Of a stretch of 64,000 nucleotides of DNA, positions 20,282 through 30,126 are shown one piece after another. The notes beneath the pieces were generated by a model. The model made no database searches. It had not been told where the DNA came from and worked only from the letters and a program-made list of their open reading frames with translations. The translations under genes and the position numbers were made by a program. The stretch is taken from assembly GCA_039802605.1 (NCBI GenBank), contig JBDRWW010000003.1, positions 86,444 to 150,443 on the forward strand, given 5' to 3'. Numbering within the stretch: position 1 is the first letter of the stretch; each line of letters starts with the position of its first letter. This DNA is from a candidate division WOR-3 bacterium (GTDB taxonomy: Bacteria > Hydrothermota > Hydrothermia > LBFQ01).

Positions 20282-21757
20282 TCACCATATCACAAAATTC
20301 CCCTTTGGATAGGTAATAACTATCTTCCTTTTAACCGTAAAACTTTCCCCGGGTTTTAAATTTACCTTCCACATTAGAAGGCCATCACCCAAGTCCTTTT
20401 CCGGTTCGGGTTCAACGCCAAAATCAACAACATTGACATTTCCCAAAGAGAAGGGTTTTCTAACGAACAGGGTTATTTCTACACTTTCCTTTCTATTATT
20501 GGTTATGGTGATTTGGTGTATCCGCTCCTCACGGGTTAAAACCGTCTTGTTTTTACCCCAAATATCCGTCCTCTTCTGTTCCAAAAGTTTTACATCTCCG
20601 GTTATAAACGGGTCAAAACCCAAGAATAGGGTATCCTCTTCATCCCTTTGCGTTCCTTTGTAAAAGTAATCTGCCGAAAGTTCCCCGTTAAAGAAAACTT
20701 TTATATTACCTCCTGGCAAATCCATATCGGGTTTAAAAACAACGCTAATATAAGCCCTCTCGGACAATTCGGGATATATAAAAGCCAACTCCTTAACCTT
20801 ATATGTTTTCTCAAACAATTCCGCAATTGCCGGCTTTAACCTGTCAAAAGTTATCTCTTTGTCTATAACAAACCTCGTTGAAATTGGTGTAAATGTTATT
20901 TCTGGGGTTTCGGGAATTCCTTTTACCGCTTCCGCTGCCATGCGCTCCGCCGATAATGTAGTCCTTTTCTCATAAACCATAGGCGGCCTGTCGGTTATGT
21001 ACCAGGGGGTATGTGATGGTGCGAAGAAAGAAGGGGGAATGTTGGTTATTATAACCCTTTTTGCCGATACTTTTCTAGGCAATTCTGATATAAACCTTGC
21101 CAAAGCGGAAATTCTCATATTTCCCCCACTTTTATACTCAACCGTATATTCCGGTTCCCAACCAAGGTTTCCCGAAGGATAAAATATAACTAATTCAACC
21201 GTTGGATCGTTCGCCTTTTCAATGTAAAGGGTTATAATTCCCTGTTCGGTTAGTAATCTCTGCTTTAAACCGTTTAAACTGTCAAGTTTTGCGTCTAAAT
21301 CCTTTAAAACTTTTAAGAGGGAATCCCTTCTTATATGATAATCCGGAAGTCGTCCTGAAAGGTGTAAATATTCATTTATGTTGTCCCCCTTTCCGTTCTT
21401 TATCCCGTCCAAAAAGGCGTTTAAAAGGTTTATGTAATACTCCACCTCCGAAAGCTTTGCCTTTACATACGATGAAGTTTTCTCCAAGGTACTAATCTTT
21501 TTTTCTAAATCTTTATAGGTTTCCGAATCATAGGGTAATTTTTGCGTTTCAAATCCCATATTTGCCAAGATACCGTTATGAATACCTATCTTTACATTTT
21601 CGCCCACGGGTGTTGGGAGTTTTGATACTTTTACATCCAAAGACCCTTCTGCCTTTAATTTTATTTTAGCAAACAATAACGCCCCATTTGGAGAAATAAC
21701 TGCGGAATCCACGGTTTGCGGGAAATCCAAAGAAATTGCACTTATGAGTATAAACAT
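20282..21757 (-). CDS. DUF4140/DUF4139 domain exported protein
   Basis: Coiled coil, GWEPEY, DLPGG, LFLGFDP, GLLMWKVNLKPGE; start set at ATG 21757, 7 nt after TAAAAT. Confidence 0.75.
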   Translation of the reverse strand: MFILISAISLDFPQTVDSAVISPNGALLFAKIKLKAEGSLDVKVSKLPTPVGENVKIGIHNGILANMGFETQKLPYDSETYKDLEKKISTLEKTSSYVKAKLSEVEYYINLLNAFLDGIKNGKGDNINEYLHLSGRLPDYHIRRDSLLKVLKDLDAKLDSLNGLKQRLLTEQGIITLYIEKANDPTVELVIFYPSGNLGWEPEYTVEYKSGGNMRISALARFISELPRKVSAKRVIITNIPPSFFAPSHTPWYITDRPPMVYEKRTTLSAERMAAEAVKGIPETPEITFTPISTRFVIDKEITFDRLKPAIAELFEKTYKVKELAFIYPELSERAYISVVFKPDMDLPGGNIKVFFNGELSADYFYKGTQRDEEDTLFLGFDPFITGDVKLLEQKRTDIWGKNKTVLTREERIHQITITNNRKESVEITLFVRKPFSLGNVNVVDFGVEPEPEKDLGDGLLMWKVNLKPGESFTVKRKIVITYPKGNFVIW

Positions 21758-21816
21758 AGTGGGAATTTTAAATGCGGGTAATTTTAAATGAAACGACTTT
21801 ATAATACCCACCTAAC

Positions 21817-21889
21817 GGGGCGGTAGCTCAGTTGGGAGAGCGCCGGAATCGCACTCCGGAGGTCGGGGGTTCGAGTCCCCTCCGCTCCA
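21817..21889 (+). tRNA. tRNA-Ala(CGC), CCA not encoded
   Basis: GGGGCGG/CCGCTCC stem with G3:U70; anticodon arm CCGGA-ATCGCAC-TCCGG; TATAAT at 21800-21805. Confidence 0.95.
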
Positions 21890-21892
21890 TTT

Positions 21893-22849
21893 TTGAAGGT
21901 TTTAGTCTCCTTTAACGCAAAGCCAAAGCATAGGGAGATAATTAACCAAATATTAAGCGGATATGCCGAGGTTTTTTATAAAGAAAACGAAATACCCCTT
22001 GAAGGGGTTGATATACTCATAACCTTGGATCCCAAAAGGGAATTAGGAGCGGAGAACATTGGTAGGTTAAAATCCCTCAAATTTTTGCAGTGCGTTTATG
22101 CCGGGGTTGAACACCTGCCCTATAAATGGTTGCCGGAAAGTGTAATTATAGCGGGAAATTTTGGGGCTTATTCCGTTCCAATAGCGGAGCATGTCTTGGC
22201 AATGATTTTGGATTTGGCCAAGAGATTAACCGCAAATCATATAAAGTTATCAAAGGGGATATACGACAGGAAAACATATAGCAAGATGCTTAGGGGGAAA
22301 ACCGTGGGGATATTGGGATTTGGGGGTATAGGGAAAGAGGTTGCGAGGGTTTTAAAACCCTTTGATGTTAGGATTTTGGCCATAAACAGATCCGGAAAAA
22401 CGGATTTCCCCGTGGATTTCATAGGAACATTAAAGGATTTGGATTATATATTGAGGGAATCCGATATTCTCGTTATAAGCCTACCGTTGACAAAGCACAC
22501 ATACAATCTAATAACTTCAAGGGAATTATCCTTGATGAAAAGCGACGCAATTTTAATAAATGTGGCAAGGGCGCATATTGTAAATGAAAGGGATCTATAC
22601 GAACATTTGGTAAAAAATCCCAACTTTCAGGCGGGTTTTGATGTTTGGTGGAGGGAGCCTTTTGGTGGTGAGGAATTCAAGTTGAACTATCCGTTTTTTG
22701 ATTTGGAAAACTTCCTCGGTTCCCCCCACAATTCAAACATAGTTCCCGGTATGTTTGAGGATGCTTTAAAAATGGCAACGGAAAATGTTTTAAGGTTTAT
22801 CAAAGGGGAAGGGGTTAAAAATTTGGTTAATAGGGAGGATTATGTTTAA
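21893..22849 (+). CDS. D-isomer-specific 2-hydroxyacid dehydrogenase
   Basis: AGVEH, IAEH, GILGFGGIG, LPLT, INVARA, DVWWREP, SPHNS. Confidence 0.9.
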   Translation: MKVLVSFNAKPKHREIINQILSGYAEVFYKENEIPLEGVDILITLDPKRELGAENIGRLKSLKFLQCVYAGVEHLPYKWLPESVIIAGNFGAYSVPIAEHVLAMILDLAKRLTANHIKLSKGIYDRKTYSKMLRGKTVGILGFGGIGKEVARVLKPFDVRILAINRSGKTDFPVDFIGTLKDLDYILRESDILVISLPLTKHTYNLITSRELSLMKSDAILINVARAHIVNERDLYEHLVKNPNFQAGFDVWWREPFGGEEFKLNYPFFDLENFLGSPHNSNIVPGMFEDALKMATENVLRFIKGEGVKNLVNREDYV

Positions 22850-22876
22850 TATCAACCAGCCTTATAATACGGGTGT

Positions 22877-24328
22877 ATGAAAATCCTATGGATAGATGAC
22901 GAGATCGAGGAATTGAACTCCGTTATATCCTTTTTGAAGTCGCAGGGCTTGGATGTTGATACCGCAAAGAGCGCCGTTGAGGGGGTTGAAAAACTTTCAA
23001 AAAACACCTATAACCTCGTTTTGTTAGATTATAGGATGCCGGGTGTTAACGGTTTGGATACTTTAAGGATTATAAGGAGGACTTACCCTAACCTCCCAGT
23101 AGTTATGCTAACAATGATAACCGACGAAGAAATAATAAGAAAATCCCTCATTGAAGAGGCATACGATTATATCGTAAAGCCCGTTCAACCCGCCCAACTC
23201 TTGGCATTGGTTTCGAGGTTGAATAGGGAAAGATTCAAAAGGGAAATGTTTGGAGAAGAGGCGGAAAGGCTCAGAGAAGAGGTTAGGAATATACCGGAAA
23301 CATTTGAGGGGTGGCTTTTGAAAGCGGTTAAAATATTCCAAGCAAGGGTAAATTATAGGGCTTACAGGTCAAAGTTTGACGAGATACTAAACGAAGAGAA
23401 CCGGAAGTTTTGCCTTTGGGTTGAGGAGAATTATAAAGACATAATTAATGATGATACCCTCTTGATGTCGCATACCCTTTTAAGGAAAATGATTTTGCCA
23501 TATGTTGAGGTTTCGCCCGTTGTTTTAATAGTTTTGGACAATTTCAGGTTTGACCAGATGTACGAAATAGTTTCCGAAATATCGTCATCCCACAAGATTG
23601 AACAGTATGTTTATATGTCAATATTACCCACCGCCACCCAGTATTCAAGGAATGCCCTGTTTTCCGGAAAATTACCCCTTGAAATGGAAAAACTTATGGA
23701 AGGTGTATTGGCCGATAACCAAAACGAATTAAAACTCCTTTGGAATCTCTTAAACGAGGAAAAATACAGGGTAAAGACTTGGTATTCAAAGATAAAGGAT
23801 TTGGAAACCCTATCGTCTTTAAAACCTTATGGCAGGAGGTTTGAGGTTTATGTTGTGAATTTCGTGGATACGATTTTACACCTAACCGCAAATGTGGAAC
23901 CTTTAAAGGCCTTAGGGGAAGGGGAATCCTCAATAAAGAGGTGGGCAAAGCTTGTTTTGGAGGACGGGAGGTTTGTTAGGGTTATAAACGCTTTCCTTGA
24001 AAGGGGTTATAGGGTCTTTATAACTTCGGATCACGGTTGGATAATAGGTAGAGAACCTTTAAGGGTTTTTGGGGAAAACATAACAAAGGGTTTTAGGTAT
24101 AAGTATGGGGATGGTTTGGAAGTAAAAGGTGATAAAATTGTTAGGGTTAAAAAGCCAAAGGAATGGGGGCTTCCGGAATGGGGCGAATTCGTCTTTGCAA
24201 AGGAGGATGCTTATTTCGTATGGGGGGAAAGGATGGAAGAATATGCGGAAATCTATAAAAACAAAATGTTTCACGGTGGAATATCCCTTGAAGAAATGGT
24301 TTTAAACCTTATACACATTCAACCTTAG
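22877..24328 (+). CDS. porX: PorX-like response regulator with C-terminal PglZ (alkaline phosphatase superfamily) domain
   Basis: Receiver ILWIDDE/LLDYRMPG/KP; PglZ DNFRFDQ, SILPTATQYSRNALFSG, TSDHG, HGGISLEEM. Confidence 0.88.
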   Translation: MKILWIDDEIEELNSVISFLKSQGLDVDTAKSAVEGVEKLSKNTYNLVLLDYRMPGVNGLDTLRIIRRTYPNLPVVMLTMITDEEIIRKSLIEEAYDYIVKPVQPAQLLALVSRLNRERFKREMFGEEAERLREEVRNIPETFEGWLLKAVKIFQARVNYRAYRSKFDEILNEENRKFCLWVEENYKDIINDDTLLMSHTLLRKMILPYVEVSPVVLIVLDNFRFDQMYEIVSEISSSHKIEQYVYMSILPTATQYSRNALFSGKLPLEMEKLMEGVLADNQNELKLLWNLLNEEKYRVKTWYSKIKDLETLSSLKPYGRRFEVYVVNFVDTILHLTANVEPLKALGEGESSIKRWAKLVLEDGRFVRVINAFLERGYRVFITSDHGWIIGREPLRVFGENITKGFRYKYGDGLEVKGDKIVRVKKPKEWGLPEWGEFVFAKEDAYFVWGERMEEYAEIYKNKMFHGGISLEEMVLNLIHIQP

Positions 24329-24340
24329 AATTTCAAATGT

Positions 24341-26044
24341 ATGAAAAGGTTGGGTTTTCTAATTTTAGCCGGTATTCTACCTTTATACGCCGATACCCTT
24401 GCAATAATTCACATAAACGATACCCATCACCACCTATATCCTTATAAGGCTTGGAACGGTGTTTCCTCGGCCGCATATGTCATTAAGCGGTTAAAATCCT
24501 TGTATCCCAACCACCTGTTCTTTCACGCCGGCGATATATTCGTAGGGGATTTCTCCTTTCCGTACGGTTTGGGTAGGGTTGAACTTCGGATATTAAAAAA
24601 CATTTTAAGACCCGATGCCATAACCCTTGGAAATCACGAATTTGATATAACACCGGATTCCTTATACGCGGTTTTAACGGATGTTGGTATGCCCATGCCC
24701 ATACTATCCGCAAACCTAACCCCCGATACATTGCCGATATCATCAATAGTCCAACCTTATGCGACATTTATAAGGTCCGGTAAAAAGATATGCGTTTTGG
24801 GTCTTACCACAAACCAGTTTAACATATTATCACCCGCGCAACAACCCGTACAGTTTGAGAACCCAGTAACGGTGGCGCAGAATTACGAGGATACACTAAC
24901 CGCCCTCGGTTGTGATTACAGGATAATACTATCCCATAGTGGCGTGAATGTTGATAGCGCTATTGCTCGTCAGACGAGATATTATAACCTCATAATCTCC
25001 GGGCACACGCATACCTGCTACGATTCACCGGCAAAAATCGTTAATCTAAGCGGTGATACAACATACTTTGCGGAGGCATGTTCCCATTACCAGGCTGTTG
25101 GTTTTTGGTTAATAGACTTGAACACACTGAGACCGATAAGTTATACCTTAATAAGGTTAAACAATACAACGCCCATAGATGGCGAAACATGGGATACGCT
25201 TATGGCCTATAAACCCTTGATAGAAAGCGGGTTTGGAAATGTTTTTGATGACTTTTGGGGTTATGCCCCAGCTGAGATTCCTAATATTCCCGATATTCCG
25301 GGATATTTGGATACCCCGGCCGGAAACCTTGTTGCGGATGCAATGAGGGTTAAAAGCGGGGCGGACGCGGCCGCTTGGCCCACATTCTTAATAGCAGAGG
25401 AACTCCAAGCCGGAAGAATAACGTCTAACAATGTTTTAATGTTGGTTCCCTATGGCTTGGATGAAACATATATTACCGGCAATAATACCCGTTTGCTTGT
25501 TGCCACATTTACGGGCAAGCAGATATATAACTTGCTTTCAACAACGCAAGCGTTCTTTGGGGAACAACCAATAGCGCAGGTTTCGGGTATGCGTTATAGG
25601 TATGATCCCACATCCTCCCCCGTAATGCTCCCCTCGGATATAGAAATAGGCGGTTTCCCCTTGGATACAAACGCAAACTATACCTTGGCCGTTGATAAAA
25701 ACATAATATATGTTGCCGGGCTTTTGGGAATAACCCCTCTAAGGGTTGATACCACTCCATATACGGTTTTTGAAGCCGTAAGGGAATACATAAGGGATTT
25801 GTGGATAGTTGAATATCACTCGGAGGGCAGGATTACATATAAAAACCTAAGCGCTTATGAAATTCCGACAAAAACCCAAAGGCTAAATGTTTTAAACCGG
25901 TTTGTATATTCCCAAACCCCAATGGATATATACGATATAACGGGTAGGCTAATCGCCAAAGGGGTTTATAGGTTTTTGGCGCCCAAATCGGGCGTTTATT
26001 TTATAAGGTTGGCGGATAAAAGCGTAAAGGTTATTATCAGATAA
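24341..26044 (+). CDS. 5'-nucleotidase/metallophosphoesterase with T9SS-type C-terminal domain
   Basis: HINDTH, AGD, LGNHEFD, LSHSG, SGHTH, GNLVADAMR; C-terminus DIYDITGRLI...SGVYFIR...KVIIR. Confidence 0.88.
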   Translation: MKRLGFLILAGILPLYADTLAIIHINDTHHHLYPYKAWNGVSSAAYVIKRLKSLYPNHLFFHAGDIFVGDFSFPYGLGRVELRILKNILRPDAITLGNHEFDITPDSLYAVLTDVGMPMPILSANLTPDTLPISSIVQPYATFIRSGKKICVLGLTTNQFNILSPAQQPVQFENPVTVAQNYEDTLTALGCDYRIILSHSGVNVDSAIARQTRYYNLIISGHTHTCYDSPAKIVNLSGDTTYFAEACSHYQAVGFWLIDLNTLRPISYTLIRLNNTTPIDGETWDTLMAYKPLIESGFGNVFDDFWGYAPAEIPNIPDIPGYLDTPAGNLVADAMRVKSGADAAAWPTFLIAEELQAGRITSNNVLMLVPYGLDETYITGNNTRLLVATFTGKQIYNLLSTTQAFFGEQPIAQVSGMRYRYDPTSSPVMLPSDIEIGGFPLDTNANYTLAVDKNIIYVAGLLGITPLRVDTTPYTVFEAVREYIRDLWIVEYHSEGRITYKNLSAYEIPTKTQRLNVLNRFVYSQTPMDIYDITGRLIAKGVYRFLAPKSGVYFIRLADKSVKVIIR

Positions 26045-26089
26045 ATTTTCCTTTAAAGGAAATTAAACCGGCGTATAATAGCCGCCAAT

Positions 26090-27232
26090 ATGAAAAGGGG
26101 CATTTTTATGTTTTCCGCACTCCTTTTTATGGCCGGTTGTCAAGCCGCGGAAAGGACGATAAAGGTGGGTATCCTTCTACCAAATAACGCCTCGGGAGAG
26201 ATCGCCACATACTCCAAATACACCTTAGACGGTATAAACCTCGCCGCAAAATCGAAGAATTTCCGCGTTAACGGTAAAAGGATAGAGTTCGTATATCCCG
26301 AAAGGTATTCGGGTGATCCTTCCACCACAGCCGATGCTTTAAGGGAGTTGAAAGAAAAGGGGGCTAAAATAGTGATAGGACCTCTAACAAGTGCCGAGGC
26401 TCAGGCTATACTTCCCGTTATGTCCGAAGTTAAAGTTCCTGTGATATTACCGGCCGCAACACTTAATTCCTTAACGGATAACGAGTGGGTATGGAGGGTT
26501 TGTATAAGTAATAAGCAGATGGCCGTTGCCGCGGCATATGCGGCAAAAGATATATTAAAGGTTAAGGAGGTTGCCATTGTTTCCTTTACAAACAATCCGT
26601 ATTCCCAAGAGTTAGCCGAAAGTTTTAGAAATTGGGCCGATGCCCACGCCCTGAAAGTTGTAAAACTCGTGGAACTGTCGGGGAATTCCCAAAATCTCAT
26701 ATCATCGGTAAATGAAGTTATTTCTTCCTTTTCCGCACCACAGGAGAGCACTGCGGTATTTCTGCCATTCTATTACGATGAGGCCGCGAATGCTATAAAG
26801 GCTTTTAGGGAGAAGGGATACAAAGGGATACTGATAGGAGGGGATGGTTGGGATGTTCCAAAGATTGCGGATCTCGTCGGGAAAAACGCCGGTGAAAACT
26901 ACTTCATAACACACTTTAACCCGTATGACCCGCAATCCAAAGAGTTTTCCGAAGAGTATCGTAAGGAATACGGGGTATTACCCTCATCTTTCTCGGCATT
27001 GGGATATGACGCCTTTGAGGTGGTACATGAAGCCCTTTCAAAGGCCAGGGGATTAACGAGAATAATGGATATAAAGGATGCCCTACAATACTTAACGGTT
27101 GATGGGGTTACGGGCAGGATTGAATATTCGGCTAATAGCCATAACCCGGATACCAAGGGTTCTGTCCTCGTTAAGTTTTCGGATTTCGGATTCCAGTTTG
27201 CCAGAAGATTGGCGGTTTCGCCCGTATTTTAA
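26090..27232 (+). CDS. Branched-chain amino acid ABC transporter substrate-binding lipoprotein (LivJ/K family)
   Basis: Lipobox MAGC; VIGPLTS, GGDGWD, ALGYDA, GVTGRI. Confidence 0.88.
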   Translation: MKRGIFMFSALLFMAGCQAAERTIKVGILLPNNASGEIATYSKYTLDGINLAAKSKNFRVNGKRIEFVYPERYSGDPSTTADALRELKEKGAKIVIGPLTSAEAQAILPVMSEVKVPVILPAATLNSLTDNEWVWRVCISNKQMAVAAAYAAKDILKVKEVAIVSFTNNPYSQELAESFRNWADAHALKVVKLVELSGNSQNLISSVNEVISSFSAPQESTAVFLPFYYDEAANAIKAFREKGYKGILIGGDGWDVPKIADLVGKNAGENYFITHFNPYDPQSKEFSEEYRKEYGVLPSSFSALGYDAFEVVHEALSKARGLTRIMDIKDALQYLTVDGVTGRIEYSANSHNPDTKGSVLVKFSDFGFQFARRLAVSPVF

Positions 27233-28485
27233 TGAAATACCTTGTAAAGAATTGCCTTCTTGAAGGCGGTGAAAAGGTGGATATTCTCGTGGAGGGGGGG
27301 AAGATAGTCTCCCTCTCCACAAAAAGTTTAAAAGTTGATGATGCCCTTGTCATAGATGCGGAGGGCTTATGGGCGATTCCCGGTTTGGTTGATATGCACA
27401 CACACGCAAGGGTTCCGGGGCAAGAACACAAGGAAACCCTTGAAAGCCTTAGCAAAGCCGCTTTAAGGGGGGGTTATACCCACCTTCTAATAATGCCAAA
27501 TACGGAACCCCCAATAGATTCCCCCGAAGTATTTGAATATGTTAAAAGTCTAACCAAAGGCCTTCCGGTAAATGTTTTCATTTCGGCCACAATAACAAAA
27601 GGAAGGATGGGGAAGGAATTGGTGGAAATGGGTATGTTAAAGGAAGGTGGGGCTAAGGCCTTTACGGATGATGGGAATTGGGTTGAGGATGATTTTGTCA
27701 TGTTGAACGCCTGCACATACGCTTCCAATTTTGATGTAATGGTAATTTCGCATTCGGAAAAACCCCAACTATCTAAGGGTTTTGCCAATTACGATGAAAA
27801 AACTTTGAAATACGGGATGAAGTTCAGGCTTCCAATATCCGAAGAACTTGCGGTTTATAGGGATTGCAGGTTGGCGGAAATTTCCGGATGTCATCTACAT
27901 GTGGCGCATATATCCTATTACGGTTCGGTAGAGGTTATAAAAATGTTTAAAGAAAGGGGTGCAAACATAACCTGCGAGGTTACCCCCCATCACCTCATAT
28001 TCTCAACCGATAATATAGAACCCTACAACCCCAACTTTATATGCAATCCACCTATAAGGGATGAGGAGAACAGGAGGAAACTCGTTCGGGCTTTAAAAGA
28101 GGGTTTTATAGATATTGTGGCAACCGATCACGCCCCCCATGCGTACTACGAAAAGGAAATCACGGTTGATGAAACCCTTCCTGGTATAGAGGGGTTGGAA
28201 ACCTCTTTTTCGGCTTTATATACACACCTCGTTTTGCCGGGTGATATGGATATAAAAACCCTTATAGATGTTATGTCCCATAAACCCGCAAAATTATTGG
28301 GTATTGACAACTCCATAAGGGAGGGAAATGAGGCTAACTTTTTCCTCTTCAATCCAAACATAAAATGGGTGGTTAAAGGGAGCGATATACTTTCAAAAGG
28401 CAAGAATAATCCGTTTATTGGGAAGGAGTTGAGGGGTAGGGTTGTATCCGTTTTTTGCAAGGGTAAATACATAAAGGAGGTTTGA
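27232..28485 (+). CDS. pyrC: Dihydroorotase (class I)
   Basis: PGLVDMHTHARVPG, MPNTEP, FTDDG, EVTPHHL, ATDHAPH, SKGKNNPF. Confidence 0.93.
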   Translation: MKYLVKNCLLEGGEKVDILVEGGKIVSLSTKSLKVDDALVIDAEGLWAIPGLVDMHTHARVPGQEHKETLESLSKAALRGGYTHLLIMPNTEPPIDSPEVFEYVKSLTKGLPVNVFISATITKGRMGKELVEMGMLKEGGAKAFTDDGNWVEDDFVMLNACTYASNFDVMVISHSEKPQLSKGFANYDEKTLKYGMKFRLPISEELAVYRDCRLAEISGCHLHVAHISYYGSVEVIKMFKERGANITCEVTPHHLIFSTDNIEPYNPNFICNPPIRDEENRRKLVRALKEGFIDIVATDHAPHAYYEKEITVDETLPGIEGLETSFSALYTHLVLPGDMDIKTLIDVMSHKPAKLLGIDNSIREGNEANFFLFNPNIKWVVKGSDILSKGKNNPFIGKELRGRVVSVFCKGKYIKEV

Positions 28486-29321
28486 AAATGATAACGGTTT
28501 TACTCGCCGGCTCTAATACACCCCCTTGGCTTGGGGGTCCCAACATCCTTTATGCGGGTATATATGGGTATGGTTTTGCGGCGTATGAGAGCAGGACAGT
28601 GGAATCTTATAGCACAAAGGGGGATTATATAACCAGGGGTTTGGGCGGCCAGAGCGCAAATCTCGGCGGGGGCGCATTTATAAGGTGGAATCAATTGGGA
28701 ATCTACTTGGATTTCGTGGAGGGATACTTCTACTCCTGGAACTATCAAAACGAGGAGATAAAGGACACGAGCTTTTATCAGAGAATAGGGGTTGATATAA
28801 CATGGCATATAAACAACGAATCTTGGACGGGAATAGGTGGGGGAATTAGGAATGTTAGGTACGCCCTCGGTTATGGCTTTCCTTTCCCGGATACCTCTAG
28901 CAATGAGGTTAAAGAGGGTAAAAACCTCCCAATACCCAATTCAAATGTTAAGTTTATGGCCATAGGCTTGCAGGGAAAGTATTATTTGGAAGCCGAAAAA
29001 CTTTATTACGAAAGGAAGGGGCTATTGCCTTGGATAGGCGGTTATGTCGGATATGCACAGGCTTCTTTTGAAGCCGGAGAACCCTTTAATACATCTTCGG
29101 ATGCGAGCAGCTTTTATGTTGAGGTTATGCTCGGATTGGACTTTTATGTGCAACCCTGGTTATCTTTCTGGATATCCGGAAAATACACAACATTTGAAAC
29201 CTTCTTTCCGCTGCCGCCTTCCCATAAATACAAGGATTATTACGACAATGTAAGGACCTCGTTGGGAACCACATTAATACAAGGGGGTATAAGGCTAACC
29301 TTTGCGAGGGAAAGGTATTGA
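28482..29321 (+). CDS. Putative outer-membrane beta-barrel protein
   Basis: Alternating aromatic/Gly strands, PWIGGYVG, MLGLDFYV, terminal GGIRLTF. Confidence 0.6.
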   Translation: MKMITVLLAGSNTPPWLGGPNILYAGIYGYGFAAYESRTVESYSTKGDYITRGLGGQSANLGGGAFIRWNQLGIYLDFVEGYFYSWNYQNEEIKDTSFYQRIGVDITWHINNESWTGIGGGIRNVRYALGYGFPFPDTSSNEVKEGKNLPIPNSNVKFMAIGLQGKYYLEAEKLYYERKGLLPWIGGYVGYAQASFEAGEPFNTSSDASSFYVEVMLGLDFYVQPWLSFWISGKYTTFETFFPLPPSHKYKDYYDNVRTSLGTTLIQGGIRLTFARERY

Positions 29322-29863
29322 TAGGTATTTGGTTATCCTATATTGATACGGTTGGGGTTGGGGATGTTTTATCCATTAGCGTTTATGGTAGGGAGGAGTA
29401 TGCCGATGTAAAGGTTATCGTTCCACCTTCTTGTAATGCCTATTTTCCATTGGTGGGGAGGCTAAAAGTTTGTGGTTTAACCTTGGATAAATTGTCCGAT
29501 ACTTTACAAAAACTCTTAAAACCCTATTACGACCTTCCGGTTATAGTATTTTTTCAAGAAATCGCACCCCCTACGGTGGTAGTCCTCGGGGAAGTTGTTA
29601 ATCCGGGATCCGTTAGGTATATTAAGGGTATGAGATTGGCGGATGCCCTGTCCCAGGCCGGAATAAAACCAACATCGGATGTTTCTAATATAAAAATAAA
29701 CGGTAAAAGTGTGGATTTAACCAGGGAAAACCCAATGTTATATCCCGGCGATAGGGTGGAAGTTCCATCAAAATGGTGGAAAGGTTTTATGGATGGCTTC
29801 GGTTTGCTGTTAAACACCGCTACTTTCGGCATACTTTTCTACACCACTTTTATAAAAAAATGA
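29318..29863 (+). CDS. Polysaccharide export (Wza/OPX-like) protein with SLBB domain
   Basis: GVGDVLSISVYG, FPLVGRLKVCGLT, VLGEVVNPG, LADALSQAG, LYPGDRVEVP. Confidence 0.8.
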   Translation: MIGIWLSYIDTVGVGDVLSISVYGREEYADVKVIVPPSCNAYFPLVGRLKVCGLTLDKLSDTLQKLLKPYYDLPVIVFFQEIAPPTVVVLGEVVNPGSVRYIKGMRLADALSQAGIKPTSDVSNIKINGKSVDLTRENPMLYPGDRVEVPSKWWKGFMDGFGLLLNTATFGILFYTTFIKK

Positions 29864-30126
29864 AGGTATTTTTAAAAGAAAACCTCGTATTTCAGGATTT
29901 GGATGATAAAATCGCCATTTGGGATCCAGAAAGGATGGAAACACTGGTTTTAAACAGCACGGCTTGGTATATACTTTCCTTAATTGATGAGGGTTTTAAC
30001 GATTTTGAGGATTTGGTTAAAAGGGTTTCGGAGGATTACGGAATACCGGAAGATGATGCCCGTAAGGATGTTTGGGAATTTATAGAGGAATTAAAGGAGG
30101 TAGGGGTAATATGGGTAAAAGAATAA
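29860..30126 (+). CDS. PqqD family protein (RiPP recognition element fold)
   Basis: LNSTAWYILSLID...EDYGIPEDDARKDVWEFIEELKEVGVI; start ATG 29860 in an ATGA overlap. Confidence 0.8.
   Translation: MKVFLKENLVFQDLDDKIAIWDPERMETLVLNSTAWYILSLIDEGFNDFEDLVKRVSEDYGIPEDDARKDVWEFIEELKEVGVIWVKE

Noticed and set aside
21758..21811. 18-aa extension of the DUF4139 ORF
   Set aside because: It overlaps the divergent tRNA promoter and the gene's own TAAAAT box. ATG 21757 fits the window-wide spacing.
22877..24328. PglZ domain as part of a BREX defence system
   Set aside because: It is fused to a receiver domain in PorX architecture, and no brxC, pglX or brxL genes are nearby.
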